From assembly GCA_013239625.1 (NCBI GenBank), contig MU054323.1:12531694-12595693 (forward strand): 64,000 nt of DNA, written 5' to 3'. Below, one piece after another: positions 24,531-39,241 of the stretch. The notes below the pieces were generated by a model. The model had not been told where the DNA came from, did no database searches, and saw only the letters and a list, made by a program, of their open reading frames with translations. The translations under genes were made by a program, and so were the position numbers. This DNA comes from Lama guanicoe. Taxonomy: Eukaryota. Within the stretch, counting starts at the first letter, position 1. Each line of letters begins with the position of its first letter.

Positions 24531-27500
24531 TCCTATGTGAAAATGATAGTATTTACAACTCATAGTACATTATTGTGATCAGTAATCTGTAGACATAATG
24601 CTGTAGTAATTATTGTCAGTGCTTTTTTGAGTAGGCAAATTTTCTCTTAAGGTATTAAAGTGGCCATTTAGCCTGCTTTGTGTGACGTTCTTCCTCCCCA
24701 GGAAGGATATCATCTCTAATACAATTTAGTAGTGTTGATAGAGGAATCTTTAGTTTTTCATTTTTAAAAATTTCCTGCTTGATTTTTAAAAAATTATATC
24801 TATGGAGGTATTATCACAAATATAGTCTATACAACATGCTCATGAAGTATGATATATAATGAGTGGAAGAATAGCTTTTCTTGCCTATTGGAAAATTGAA
24901 AATGACTTTTTAGTCAGCCTTTCTTTGGGAGAGAAAAAGGTCATTGAGCAAGCTTTATCTTCAAAAAAAAATTTCTTTTCATAAATTTTAAACATGTAAG
25001 GCATTACACAAATCTATAAATGTGGTAAAATTGCATAGAACTTTATACACACACACAAATAAGTGGACTTAAAACTGGTAAAATCTGAGTAAGGTCTATT
25101 GACTAGCAATGTCAGTGTCCTGGTTTTGATAGTATATAAGATGGTACCATTGGAGAGAACTGGGTAAAGGGTACATGTATCCTCTCTGCAACTTTCTATA
25201 AATCTAAAATTATTTCAAAATAAAAAAGCTAAAAGACGCAAAGCAAATAAAAGAAATTTCTGTTAAATAACTGGTTTATACCAAAATGAGATTTAATTTT
25301 TCTAAGGATAGGCTCAGGAGACTTAATTGATTTAATTAATATTGTGTGCAATATGAAAATTAACTGGCAGTACTGAATAGTAAAGGTACTAAAATAAAAA
25401 CCAAAAAAAAAGAGTAAAAATATAACCTAGGACACAATTTTATACAAGCCTTTACATTTTTTTCTTATGTAGTAACATGGTCAAGCTCCAATATGTAGAT
25501 CTAGCCATTATAAAATCATTATGTACATCATATTGGTTTCTCGATCTCTTTCATTGGCCTTTATATGCATTAAAATGTTTTTATAGACTAAATGGAACAG
25601 TGGAATTTGTCCTTCCAGTGTGAAACGTGGTTGTTTTGTTTTGCTGCACATAGTCAGTTCTGGTTTAGATTTAAGCACACATGGATTTCATTTCATTTTC
25701 ATTGAAATGAAATGGAATGACTTTTGTCCTTGCTCTTTGCTTGTTGAATAAGAAAAAGCTTCTTCACAAATATAAGAAGTTGGCAAGTACGAACAAAATG
25801 TTCATATTTACTGCACATTACTCTTCTTTCATAAAAATCAAGAACTTGTCTCGAGGCAGATCAGTAAGTCTCATCCTGAGCATACTATCACACTGCACTG
25901 ACCAAGTTCTTCAAAGTGAAATTCTCAGGCTGAGTAGAAGATTCAGAGAAAGAATCCCTCACCCAGTAATACACTTGAGTTGAAAGGGTGGGGGGAAATT
26001 ACTGTTAAATTTTTTTCTGCAGTTTTTTCAGGTGGCTTTCAGTGAAACTTGGAACTTGCTGATATTCTTCCCTACTCTGAGCCCAAACAGCAGTGGAAAC
26101 ATTTTTAAGTGTATTTTTGCAGTATTTTTTTCAAAGATTATTTCCTCTTAAGTTCAGTTATATTTATTATTGTTTTTACGTTGTTTTTAACTTAGAAAAT
26201 GAGAAGAATATTATACATAGTGTAGTAAGAAAGAAGTAATTTAAAAGTAATGTTTTATAATTCTGAATACCTATCCTAGAATTGACAATTAAGCTAGCTG
26301 GTTCTTAGTCTGGTTTAATGTAAGAGAGCTGTGCTCCTGGAGTGATTTGGAATCTTTCTCATTGTTTTCCAACATTTTTTGTGTGTTAAGTTGCTCACCT
26401 ATTAGGCTAACTCCTGATTTTTTTTTTTTTTACTTTACTTTTCTATGGCTCTTTTGTATCTACATCTAGTTGTGTCTTGGAGGAACTGAGGAATGTGTCA
26501 AACTAGTCTTTCTGACATTCTCCTACTCATGTCCATGATATTTTCTTACTTGCATAGAGTAGAAAATACTACAAAATTGTAAGCTAAAGGTGCATTTTTG
26601 AAGTTCTACATCCATGCTGTGACAAACTGCTAAACACATAGAATTCTTTATCACAGCATTCCTTAGCATAATTTATATATCCTTTTTTGGTTTAGATTAA
26701 GAATGTTAAGTGCAGTCCTTTCTAGAGGCCAGGAAACAGTTGTTAAGGTCCTTTCCTGCCTCATATTTCCAAAACCTTTAATGTCACTGCTGTACTAATG
26801 ACTTCCTGATCTAAGTCTTCCTCTTGTTTAATCAAGAAAAGACACTGTACCTATTGGGAGTAGAATTTTAGTTAAGTTTCATTCAGCTCTTTAATTTTCA
26901 ACTGAGGTTAAGACCAAGAAGCAGAAAATAATTTTGAGAGAATATTTTAATCACAAAATTTTAGCACAATTAGCATCCACGGCAACTATTTTTACACTTT
27001 AAGTAGGGAAGGACAGTGAATCCAAAAGTACTTGCATTTTATCTCTAGCTGAATAAACTCCGTTATAAAAGCTTTTTAGAATTATATAATGTTAACTTGG
27101 AAAGAACTTTGAATAGGAAACTGGAGATCAGAAGACATTAATGATTTACTGTATTAATTAGTAGCTAAGCTGGGACTTAGTTTCAGAATGAAAGTTTTAT
27201 TGTAATTAATTATGGGAGTTATCAGAATCAGATCATGATGTGACTCTTAATTAAGCCACTCATTGATTGAAGTTTAAGCCAAAATTTTAATGGCAGTTCT
27301 CAAAAGCTAACCTAGAATTTAGGGTAATGAGCAAATTAAGCTCTTCTGTATACTGTCATTACCAGGGAAGGGGAGTCTGTCTTAAGAATGTTCTGCTTTG
27401 CTGTTGCCAAAATTGTTTTCTAAAATACCACTGCAGTCTTGTGACTTATAGTTAACAACATTGATGGTTGTTTACTAGTGCATATTATCTGCTCCTACAG

Positions 27501-28191
27501 AGGTGTTTTTTCCCTAATTCCTGTATGACTTTAGGCAAGTCTTTTACTATCCACCCCCCTTTTTTTTTCCACTAGAAAATGTGGCATTTGTGATTATCTG
27601 TAACCTCTAGAGCACTCACTGGTAAGACTGAATGGAATTTATTTTGTAGTGTAGATAATGGAATCTCTTCACTGCTTTTTAGAACTGACAAAAAAATAAA
27701 TAAATAATATCACCTTTATTTTGCCAAAACAAAAGACAAATGATGTAATTTATATAAAGAAAAAATTAGCTGAACTATCAGGAACTCTTTCTAGTTAGAT
27801 TTATCCAGAGCTAAGCATTAATATATGAAGCACTTAGCATAGATATTTGGTGATTTAAATGGAAGAATGTATGAATAAATACATTTAAAAATAGGGGGAA
27901 ATTAGTTTTCCTTTAGCAAATAATGTCTAATGGTTTATATATATAAATATATAATGCCTTTATACAGTTAGTTTGTTCTGAAGCACATAGTGTACATAGT
28001 AATGAAGGGAATCTAGAATGATATCCTGTAGTATATTTTGTATATATCTTCCATTTAAATTTTAAAGTTATTGTTGTAAGCCTAGATTCTGGCACCAGTC
28101 TACCTAATTAGCTGTGTAATCTTTCATATGTCTTCACCTCTCATTTTTCATTTTCTTGTTGTAAAAATAAAAGGTGGTTTTAGATATCTAT

Positions 28192-28568
28192 TGTTAAAAA
28201 AACCAAACTTCAACTGAGTAAATTTCAGCAATTTTTATTGATTTAGTCAGTGGTTCATGAACTAGGCTGTATCCCATCTAGCAAATAGAAGGGAACTGTA
28301 CAAAATGAAAGATTTTCATAGGCAGACAGGAGCAGGACAAGGAAGTTAAACTAGCAAAAAGTGGATTTGTTGTGGCAAAGTCCCTTTCCTTTAGGAAGTT
28401 GCAGGGGTCTTTCAGGCAGATTAACTTACTAGTGTTGACCAGGTGATTGCTGATTCACTGGTTTAAGATTCCATTTCTGGAAGAGGCCAAAACTATAATT
28501 AATTAGTTCGTTGACATGGTGCTTAGCATATGTGACTCCATTTGAGGCCTGTTTCCTTGTTTTCAGCA
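28192..28568. mobile_element. Solo ERV LTR (class I-like)
   Basis: TG...CA termini with a 4-bp TSD CTAT at 28188-28191 and 28569-28572. Confidence 0.72.
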
Positions 28569-28718
28569 CTATCAACTATCAAATACGAGGATTGTATGCA
28601 GTTTCAGATGTTAATACTTAGAGATCTTCAAATGATAATTATTTAGTTGAGTACATACTCATGTTGGCTAGGACTTGTATTTTATCTTGGTTTATAGTTT
28701 TGTCCTCTTTTCTCCTAA

Positions 28719-28904
<186 letters not shown>

Positions 28905-29013
28905 TAGAGTTAGTCTGTGGGATGATTATATTCTTTGGTATTATTTAAAGACAAGTATGGAAAAATCTTAACCTTTTTGGTCAAAAGTTTTAGCTGTTTT
29001 CAGTTTTACTATA

Positions 29014-29378
29014 CAATTGACCCTTGAACAACATAGATTCGAACTGTGTGGGTCTACTTATATGTGAACTTTTTCCAACACATATATTGGGAAAAAATGT
29101 GGAGATTCACAGCAATTTGAGAAAACTCACAGATGAACCACATAGCCTAGATTTATTGAAAAAATTAAAAGGTATGTCATGAATGCATAAAATATATGTA
29201 GACGTTCGTATAACATACAGAATGTGTGTTAATTGACTGTTTATGTTATTGGTAAGGCTTCTGATCAACAGTAGACTATTAGTAATTAAGTTTTGGGGGA
29301 GTCAAAAGCTGTATGTAGATTTTAGACTGTATAGGGAGAGTGGTGCCCATAACCGGTGCATTGTTCAAGAGTCAGCTG
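29014..29378. mobile_element. Tigger2a-like Tc-mariner MITE
   Basis: TIRs CAATTGACCCTTGAACAA / TTGTTCAAGAGTCAGCTG, flanked by TA. Confidence 0.8.
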
Positions 29379-30494
29379 TAATTAGTGAAACTGACATTAT
29401 GAGAGAATATTTTTAATCTACTGAATGGCAAACATTAAAAGAATCATAATCTTATATCACACACAAATATACTCCAAACTGCTAGGACTTAACCTTAGTC
29501 TATAGGTATCTCAAGTAAACATTCAGTGAAAGTAAAAAAAAAGCAGAGTGCTTGTGTGCTTGCTGTGGAAATCGAGTTTAAGACAGATTAAGAGTTAAAA
29601 AAAGATTACCACTCCAAACTATCTCCCATATGGAAATTCTAGAGCTACCACTAGGAATACTATAGGGATACCTTCACTTTCTTCATAGTACTTGAAATTT
29701 ATTATGTGATTATGTGTCATTTGGGGGAAAAAGTATTTAACAATTTTGGAAAGAAGTATCTATAGCTTTATAAAAATCGAGGCATTACTAAGTTATTCTC
29801 TGTAGTAATTATTGGTCAGTCAAGTGCTAACACATCCTGTTTCTTAATATACTGTATTTCATCAAATCTAAGATGGTGTGGATTATAAAATGCAGTTATT
29901 TTATGTTTATCAGTAAGAAAGAAAAAGTACCTATCAGTAAGAAAGAAAAAGTACCTAAGACAACATAAAGCTAAGACATCAAGGGACTATCTTCTCTCCT
30001 TAGTGTAAGGGTAAATGAGAAGTAACTTACCATATAAAAAGAGACAGCAAGGAAGTTTGCTTGCTTCAGTCTGGCAATTGGTGGGGTGCTGGAAGAGAAA
30101 GTTCCCATGAGAATGTAGATCTCATACCAGCTGTCATATAAGATTGCAGTCTGATCAGTATGGGCCCAAAAAAGTCTCAAGTAGAGAATTTTATTTAAGG
30201 TCCCAAATTAGTAGTGCCTCCAAGAGACTCTGCAAAAGGAAAGGCAGATCTTGGAAGCACTTGGCTTTACTCTAGGCTGACTTAGCTGTCTTACAGTTGT
30301 AAGACACTAGCAATTGTGAGATACATCCCAACTTTAGAGATATTGAAATGTTGCATATGTACACCTTGGAACCAGTGAAATGTGGTACTTCAAATGAAAA
30401 TGTTTTATTGACCTATGGAGACTATACCATTATATTTAAACTTGTATTTATTTTACTGCAGTTGTCTCAGTATTCAAAAATGTGTGCCTTTTAG

Positions 30495-30710
<216 letters not shown>

Positions 30711-31274
30711 TAAATATTTTAAGAGTTTTAAAATTCAGAATAGACATGTTTTAACTATAGTACTTCATTGTTTGAGAAATGCTTTAGCTTTACCCATTAT
30801 TTCTCACTTGTTTTTCCCCAGAACTGTTTTTTTGTCTTTTAACATTTTTTTATTGAGTTACAGTCAGAACTGTTCTTAATTGAGGAGTGCCTTGTATTAA
30901 TACTTTCTAAACTCTCCTACATCATCATTGACATAAAAATTACTAATATTTGTATAGTAAATGCATAAATGGATGTGACTGCTCTCAGCTGAGCAGAAGT
31001 GACCGAAAGGGTTGATTTCCTCAAGGGATAAAGAGTTTGAAACACAATACTAATAATCACCTTTTATTCATTTTTCATTCTATTATTTAAAATAAACTTT
31101 TTAATAAATGACAAGGATTCCATCAGTGTCTGGTTTTATATAATTCTTTGTCCTATCCTCAGGGGCTTTATCATCAAAACACAACAGAAACTAATATCAC
31201 TCCCTCATCCCTAGTTTAAGGCTTTAGAGGAGTAAAAAATAAGTCTTTACCAGAGAGTGATTTGGAAATGAATT

Positions 31275-31645
31275 AGTTTCCTATTGTTGCTATAACAGAT
31301 TTCCACAAGTTTAGTGGCTTAAAATAATGCAGACTTATTCTTTGACAGTCCTGGAAGTTAGAATCCTGGAAATTGAATGTTAAAGGGCTAAAATCATGTC
31401 AGGGTTGTTTCCTGTGGAGGCTTCCAGGACAGAGTCTGTTGCTTGTCTCTTCCCATGTTTAGAGGCTACCAACATTCCTTGATTTCTGACTGCGTCACTG
31501 CAATCTCTGTTTCCATTATCACATTGCCATCTTCTCTACTGTAGCTAAATATTCCTCTGCCTCCTTTTTTTAAGGACAGTTGTGATTACATTTAGTGCAC
31601 ACCAGATAATCCAGAGTAATCTCCCCATAGCAAGATCCTTAATGT
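31275..31645 (-). mobile_element. MLT1-type LTR
   Basis: TTAGTTTCCTATTGTTGCTATAACAGATTTCCACAAGTTTAGTGGCTTAAAA...CCAGATAATCCAGAGTAATCTCCCCAT. Confidence 0.78.
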
Positions 31646-33099
31646 TATATAACACTAGTTGTATTAATATTTACCTTAGATCAGTAGTTTATAGCAAATA
31701 CTCTGTTGAAGATATAAGGATCATTGAAGAAGTTGAATGGGGGCTCTGGACTCCTACCCACCTCCAAGCCTTCATGTAGAACATCTTTACGTGAACATCT
31801 CTCCATGATTTTTATCTATTTCATACAATCTTTAATTTGAACAAAGGATTCTAAGGCGAAAAACAGAAGATTCTTACTTCCATAAGGTGTTTCTCAATTT
31901 GGCTTTGCTTGATATTTTCTCAGGGCTGGATTGGGGTCATACATTTTGGACAGGAATACCACAGAAGTGACATTGTGCCCTTCTGCATGCTATCAAGGAT
32001 TACATGATTTTAATATGTTGTATTCCTGGCACTATTAGCATCGATCACTTGGTTAAGTGATGGGCTGGTATCTGCTCAATTCCTCCACTGTAAAGTTGCT
32101 ATTTTTCCCTTTTTAATAAATATCTTGTGAAGATACTTTAGACTATGCAAACATCCTCATCAAACTTCAGCCCACTAATTTTAGCATCTATTTATGAATG
32201 TGACATGCACCGGTTGTTACTGTATTGCATACTGAATGGTCATTTTCCTCATTCCTTTCACATATATTGATTGATGTTCTCTTTGGAATAGCTATTCTGT
32301 CTTTGCCATTACTTAACTGTTTATTTATTTTTGCTAGTATGGACTCATGCATATGTATATTTTCTGGATTATATCCAGTGCTATAACTTAGTTTATTGCT
32401 CAGATTGTTCCAGTTTTAGCCCATGGGAGCTCCTTCAGGTTAGCTTCTGTATCCTTTTGACATATTCCCATCCTTTTTCGAGCACTTTGTTTCTTTCTGA
32501 CTCCATAAAGTGTTCTGGGCTTATCTTTTATTCTCACTGCCCCACCCTTGGAATCAACAGTTTCTTCATTTATTGGGGAATATTTAGAAACCAGGATCTG
32601 GGCAATAGTGTGCTTGTGTTACTATTGGGTGTTATTATTTCTCGATCCCCCCTAAGTTCTGGCAGAACTTGGAAGTATATGCATGTATCATTATTATGCT
32701 AAGTCTCAGGAGTTAAAATTGTCCAAATGTCTCCCATATTCTATTACTTGGATAAATGTGTAATTAATGTAAATTTTAAAGTCCTCCTGAGAAGATCGGT
32801 AATTGTTTACAGGGATGAATTTTCCTTGCAGAGCTCTACAAACCCAGAAGGTCAGAAGTCAACATTTTGTTCCCTTTTTACAGTAATCTTTTTTCATAGA
32901 TCTTGAAATACTGAGGTTTCCTTAGGCAGTTGATCACTGCTAAATTTTTAATTTGGATTTAAAATTGTATTACAAATATTCTTACTAAGTTTTGGAAAGA
33001 TACCTGAGAATCCAAACTCTCTATGACCTGAAATTGAGTATACCAAGCTATCTTATATGGCAGAGAATTGAGTTCATGGGAAATTATCAACTTATTTGA

Positions 33100-33225
<126 letters not shown>

Positions 33226-33485
33226 TAATTTTGAAAATAACCTTTGTTTTTTATGGTAAGCTTTATTTTTGATACTGTGGATGTTATCAGTAGCTATATT
33301 CATCATACCTGTTTCTTGTCCCAAAATTGCTTTTAAGTTATGCTACTTCTTTTAAGATGATCAACATATTAGTATTATGCATACTCAATAAATGTTACAA
33401 GAAATCAAGTGGAAAGAAAAAAATCCCATTTCACTCATAAATAGTTTACAGCTTTTTAAGGAAGCATACAGTTTATTCTCTGTTA

Positions 33486-34706
33486 CAGCAGTTCTCAAAC
33501 ATTTTGATTTCACATCCCCAAAGAGATTTCTTTATGTGGGTTTTATTTACCAATATTTACTATGTTAAAATTTAAAATAAAAATTTTAAATATAGATATA
33601 TTCATTTAAAACTAAAAGTAAACCAAATGCATTTTAACATAAAAAATATGTTTTAAAACTATTTTCAAAACAAAGTGAGAAAAAGACATTGTTTAACATT
33701 TTTGCAAGTAGTTTTAATGTCTGGGTTAGTGGAAGCTGGATTCTAATATCTACTTTCTGCATTCAATTGTTATGATATATTGTTTTGTTTAAAGTATATA
33801 TAAAAAACAAGGCCTCCTACAGATACACAATTTGTAAAGGAAGAGTATTTTAATACCTTTTTTGCTTGATTGTGGACATCTACTCTGATACTGCAACAAC
33901 ACTCAACAAGTAATAATTTTTTAAAGGTTTGTTGCAGTGAGAATCTCAAACCATATCAGTGAACTTTTCATACTCTTTTTCACTAAAATTCACATTGGAT
34001 AGATCTTTTTATTCATGCATCATCATATAGAAAACAATTGGGGTCACTTAGTTTTACAGATCTTCTAAATGTTGATATGTTTTGTTATACAATATCAGAA
34101 AATCATGTTTATTAATGTCACCACCTATCTCATCAGAAAATCCTTTATGAGGAAACTGTCAGGCTTACAGTAATGGATATAAGTTTTCCAAAATTCTACT
34201 TTTTGCTTGAAAGAATTTTATAAGTTGCAAGAAATACTGTCAGTTGTTTTCCTTGGAGCAGGCTCACTTCATTCAGGTTCTTAACATGCCTGCCAATACC
34301 TAACTCTGGATAACCATAGTTTGTCTTTCAAGTAAAAATGGTGTTTCATGGAAAAAGCATCTAGTTCAACTCCTCACCCAAGCAGGTATACAGGTTCTCT
34401 TCTTTGGATTACCATTAAATCAGGATACAGCAGAAATGCTTTCTATTTCCCATTTTGTTATACAGAATATTGAAAAGACATATACACAAAGGTTGCGATT
34501 TAATAAAATTAATCATCTTAACTGCTTCATAAAGGACATTGTTAAGTGAAACCTGGCTTTTTTTCTTTTTCTGTAAATGTGTGATAGTAAGGAACACAGT
34601 AACTACTAGTACAGTTCATGTCACTTGATTTGTGGGTAAAACGACATGTTTTACACACCATTGCTTTTGCCCTATTAGTACACGGGCCACACCTTGAGAA
34701 CCTCTG
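33486..34706. mobile_element. Charlie1-like hAT transposon deletion derivative
   Basis: TIRs CAGCAGTTCTCAAA / TTGAGAACCTCTG; minus-strand remnant VLYEAVKMINFIKSQPL..LFNIL resembles Charlie/Buster transposase. Confidence 0.75.
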
Positions 34707-35130
34707 CTCCATTAAATTAGACTTCATGAATTACTATAAACCTAGAAGTTTCAGCATTCTGGAATTCCACTCTCTGTTGAGAGAGTAAAGCAGAGGAGAT
34801 GCCTGGCAGAGTTGTCATGTGGGTTCTGGCTCATATCAGGCTGACTCTATGAACATTAAATACTAAATGCAGATATCTTGAGCCTTTTCTTAACACTTGG
34901 TGGAAAGGTCTCCAAGTCTCTTTCTTAGCTCTTGTTCTTCTGCTTTCCAGCTTCCAAAATTAAATTGTCCTGTCTTCTGATCTCCTGTTTATGCCTCTTA
35001 TAAAAAGGAGTTTCTTTTTTCCCTTCCCTTTATTGGAGTTTCAGGATGGAACAGTATTAAATACATATATTCAATCCATCACCTTAATCTAAAACTCTTG
35101 AATAAATTTAGAATAACATTTATCTAAGAA

Positions 35131-35262
35131 GGGAGGGTATAGCTCAAGTGATACAGCGCATGCTTAGCGTGCAGGAAGTCCTGGGTTCAATCCCCAGTAC
35201 TTCCTCTAAAAGTAAATAAATAATAATATAAACCTAATTACCTTCCCCCCTACAAAAAAAAA
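35131..35262 (+). mobile_element. Vic-1-like SINE
   Basis: GGGAGGGTATAGCTCAAGTG...CTGGGTTCAATCCCCAGTAC...AATTACCTTCCCCCC plus A tail. Confidence 0.85.
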
Positions 35263-35982
35263 CTTAAAAAATTTTTACCTATGAAACTTCTTCACTCTGC
35301 ATATGGAAATTTAAAATAATTCTAATAGACACTTAAAATTACATTTGTTTACATATTATTTCTTATATTCTAGACATAACCTTTATAACTTTTATATGAA
35401 AACAGATATTATTAAATGTTTTGGTAATTTAGGACTGTTGATACAGAAGTTGAAACCTAGATCTTAATTTGAACTCTCTACCTGCTAGCTTTGCTTTCCT
35501 GAATAAAGCACTTTGCCAAAGAATCAGTTACTTCATAATGGGTACAATAATATTTCATAGGGTTCTTACTATATTTGATCTTCACAATATGTGATGCTCT
35601 ATCACAGAGCTTGGCACACAGTAACTCCAAAAAAATATTTTTCTCTTTAGTCTCTCCGGCCTGCTCTCCCTTCCCTTTTAGTCTGCATTTGTCACATCTA
35701 GCTTCTCTAGGTCTTGAGTTTTTCATCTGAATAAGATGATTGTGGTCCCTTTAAGTAATCCCACAACAAGGGAAGTAGTGACCAAGTGTACTGTAGAAAT
35801 AAACTCAAGGTAATTGGATATATGAATATTAAGCTCAAAAGTGAGAGAAGGGCCGGAAATGTAGATTTGGATATCATCAGAAAATTAATGACAATTGAGA
35901 ACATGATACGTTGCTGAGATTGTGCAGGACATAAAAGAATATATGATAATTTGAAATAAGATGGATATGAGACTTTTATGAC

Positions 35983-36492
35983 TTTTTTTTAACATTTTTT
36001 ATTGATTTATAATCATTTTACAATGTTGTGTCAAATTCCAGTGTTCAGCACAATTTTTCAGTCATTCACGGACATATGCACACTCATTGTCACATTTTTT
36101 TCTCTGTGATTTATCATAACATTTTGTGTATATTTCCCTGTGCTATACAGTGTAATCTTGTTTATCTATTCTACAATTTTGAAATCCCAGTCTATCCCTT
36201 CCCACCCTCCACCCCCCTGGCAACCACAAGTCTGTATTCTCTGTCCATGAGTCTTTAGATTCCACATATGAGCGATCTCATATGGTATTTTTCTTTCTCT
36301 TTCTGGCTTACTTCACTTATAATGACATTCTCTAGGAGCATCCATGTTGCTGCAAATGGCGTTATGTTGTCGGTTTTTATGGCTGAGTAGTATTCCATTG
36401 TATAAATATACCACATCTTCTTTCTCCAGTCACCTATTGATGGACATTTAGGCTGTTTCCATGTTTTGGCTATTGTAAATAGTGCTGCTATG
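35983..36492 (-). mobile_element. Relatively young lineage-specific L1 3' end
   Basis: T-tail followed by a well-preserved antisense L1 3'UTR retaining CpGs; probable TSD TTTTATGA(C)TTTT. Confidence 0.85.
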
Positions 36493-36599
36493 ATTTTATG
36501 ATTTTCTTAATTCTCACGTTTATGTAAGTACAACAAAGTATGTGTGATGTTTAATAGTGATTAAAATGAATGTCTTGATTTCACTTGATATTTATTTAA

Positions 36600-36755
<156 letters not shown>

Positions 36756-36770
36756 TAGTAACAGAAGTAT

Positions 36771-37157
36771 ACAGTTGTCTCTCAGTATCCATAGGGGGTT
36801 GGTTCCAGGACCCCTGCAGACACTAAAATCTGCAGATGCTCAAGTATCTTATACAAAGTGGTGTAGTATTTACATATAAGCTATGCACATCTTTACATAT
36901 ACTTTGGGGAGAAGCTTCAAGAAGGTGGAATAGAAGGACAAAGAGCTCACTTCCTTCCAGAAATACATATACTTTAAATCATGTCTAGATTGCTTTTGAT
37001 ACCTCGTACAATGTAAATGCTATGTGAATACTTGTCTGCGATGCAGCAAATTCAAGTTTTGCTTTTTGGAACTTTCTGAAAAATTTTTTCCCTGAATATT
37101 TTTGATTCACTGATGGATCCGTGGATACAGAACTCACAGTTAACAAGAACTGGTTAT
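36771..37157. mobile_element. MER2-like Tigger element carrying a 58-bp insertion
   Basis: CAGTTGTCTCTCAGTATCCATAGGGGGTTGGTTCCAGGACCCC...TACTTTAAATCATGTCTAGATT...GTGGATACAGAAC. Confidence 0.75.
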
Positions 37158-39241
37158 ACTAGTTCTCTGGCTAAGAATCTTGTCATCTATAATTATTTAT
37201 CAAACAATTACTATTTTGGGACAGTGACCATACTAATTTTACCAGTTCTATTTCTTTTATTTTCCCTTTTTAATTGCCAGAAATTATAATGTATGTCTAG
37301 GTAGGAATAAAGAACAAAATGCAAATCAGGCCTCAGAATATTACACCAAAGAATTTAAAAATTTTTCTTCTCTATCCTTATAGTACAAGTTCATCTGAGT
37401 TAGATTTTGTGGGAGATGTTTATTTAAAATTCCACTGGACATTTATTTAATAATTTTTATTCCAATTTGAATAGTAAGTTTCTTATTAAATATGATAGAC
37501 ATGGTTCCAATTAGCTTTTCTATGTTGCCGAGATCAGGACTTTATACTGTGTTAAATTTCCGTTAACATATGTATCCACTTTAAACATTTACTGATATTA
37601 TTAAATATTAATAATAAGTAGTGATGTAACTTTTGGCATTTATTAATTTTGAACTGCTTTGAGAAATAAATAACTGCTTTATCACATATGTGTATATTGC
37701 ACAACGAATGTAATTTTCTTTTTCTTTGTGGAAAATAGAACTTTTTAAGACCATCACTTCTAGAACTAACATTATGTCGCCTCCATGCTAAAGTATTTAA
37801 GTAGTTACTTTTATGACATTTGGTTTTACTTAATGTTTGTTACAATGTAATTCCAATATAAAACAAATTATTCCTTTTAGAATTGAGTAACTACAGGCTA
37901 ATATTGACATTATATGAGTATTGGGTATTTAGAAGAGTTGGATTTTGAAACCAGTCACTTCTGAATTCAGATCCTGGTTCTGCCACTTACTTCCTTCTGC
38001 CTTGGGGAGATAACTTTTCTTATCCTCCTCTGGAAAAGGGGAATCTTAACAACTCCTTTTTAGGGTTTGTTATGAAGATTTTAAAGTATAAGTCATGCCT
38101 AGTACAGTGCTTGGCACAGAATAGGCGCTCATGTGGTAGCTGTTATTATTATAAACATTAAAAGACTATTTTGAGAACATGTTTGTATGTTCAAACTGTT
38201 TGAACACTTCAGAGCCTAAGGAGAAGCGCTTTCTTTCCTCTACATTCTAATCGTAAAAGTTTTTTATTTTTTAATTGTCACTATTAGCTCTTAATTTAAA
38301 AGTCGTGCAGTACAGGAGCTAGCCCCATACTGGCATTTAATTATCTAATCTTAGTGAACATACCACTTTACTGAATCATTCAAGATCACTTCCTGCCTGT
38401 GTGTTGTTTTTGGATTAAAGCCTGTTTGAATACTTCTGAGACTACTCCCAAAATTGCTAAAACTGTGTTCTCTGGTTATTTTTAGTCATCAAGTTCAACT
38501 GAAAATTGATCTTAGTATTTTTTATACAACATATTTATGTATTATAAAATGAGTCTTTTTTATATCATTAAAAATTCAGGATAAAATTATTTTTATTTTT
38601 AAATACAATTACTTTATTGATTTCTTACAATCAAATACTGCTAACTAGCATTACTTACACTCATGCATCATTAAGAACAAGAGGATATTTCCTTGGAATT
38701 TTCAAATTCTGCATTATACAATAAACAAAGACCTTAAAATGCACCCTGATTAATTGCATAAACTGGTCATTTTTTTTTAAGTGTAACTAATAATTTGGTT
38801 CCTAGGATAAAATTTTTTAAAATTTTTCTTTGGTAAATTTTTTCCTCTAATCACTTAATCTTCTGTGTATAGTGAGCTGTTGTACATGCTTCTTGTTTCA
38901 GTCCAAAGTTTGTTGAGAAATAAGGTTGCTAAATGCTCATCACTTAACTCTAGTATTAGAATACAGTTTAATCTACAAGCATGAATTTTTTTAACATTAA
39001 GTCTCTGTAATTCTTACCAATATTTAACCATTTATTTATAACAAAACTTTAATTGTGACATCCAGATGCAATTTGATTATAATTTAGTTCAATATATTTT
39101 CCTGTACTTTTTTTTTACAAGTTTAAAATATTTTTGTAGTTGTTCATTTGTTTGTTTTTAGTTTAAAAGCACAATGGAAAGTTAGACTATCTCAAATACA
39201 TTTTCAGTAAGTCTGTCAGGATTTCTTTTTTATCTCTGTAC

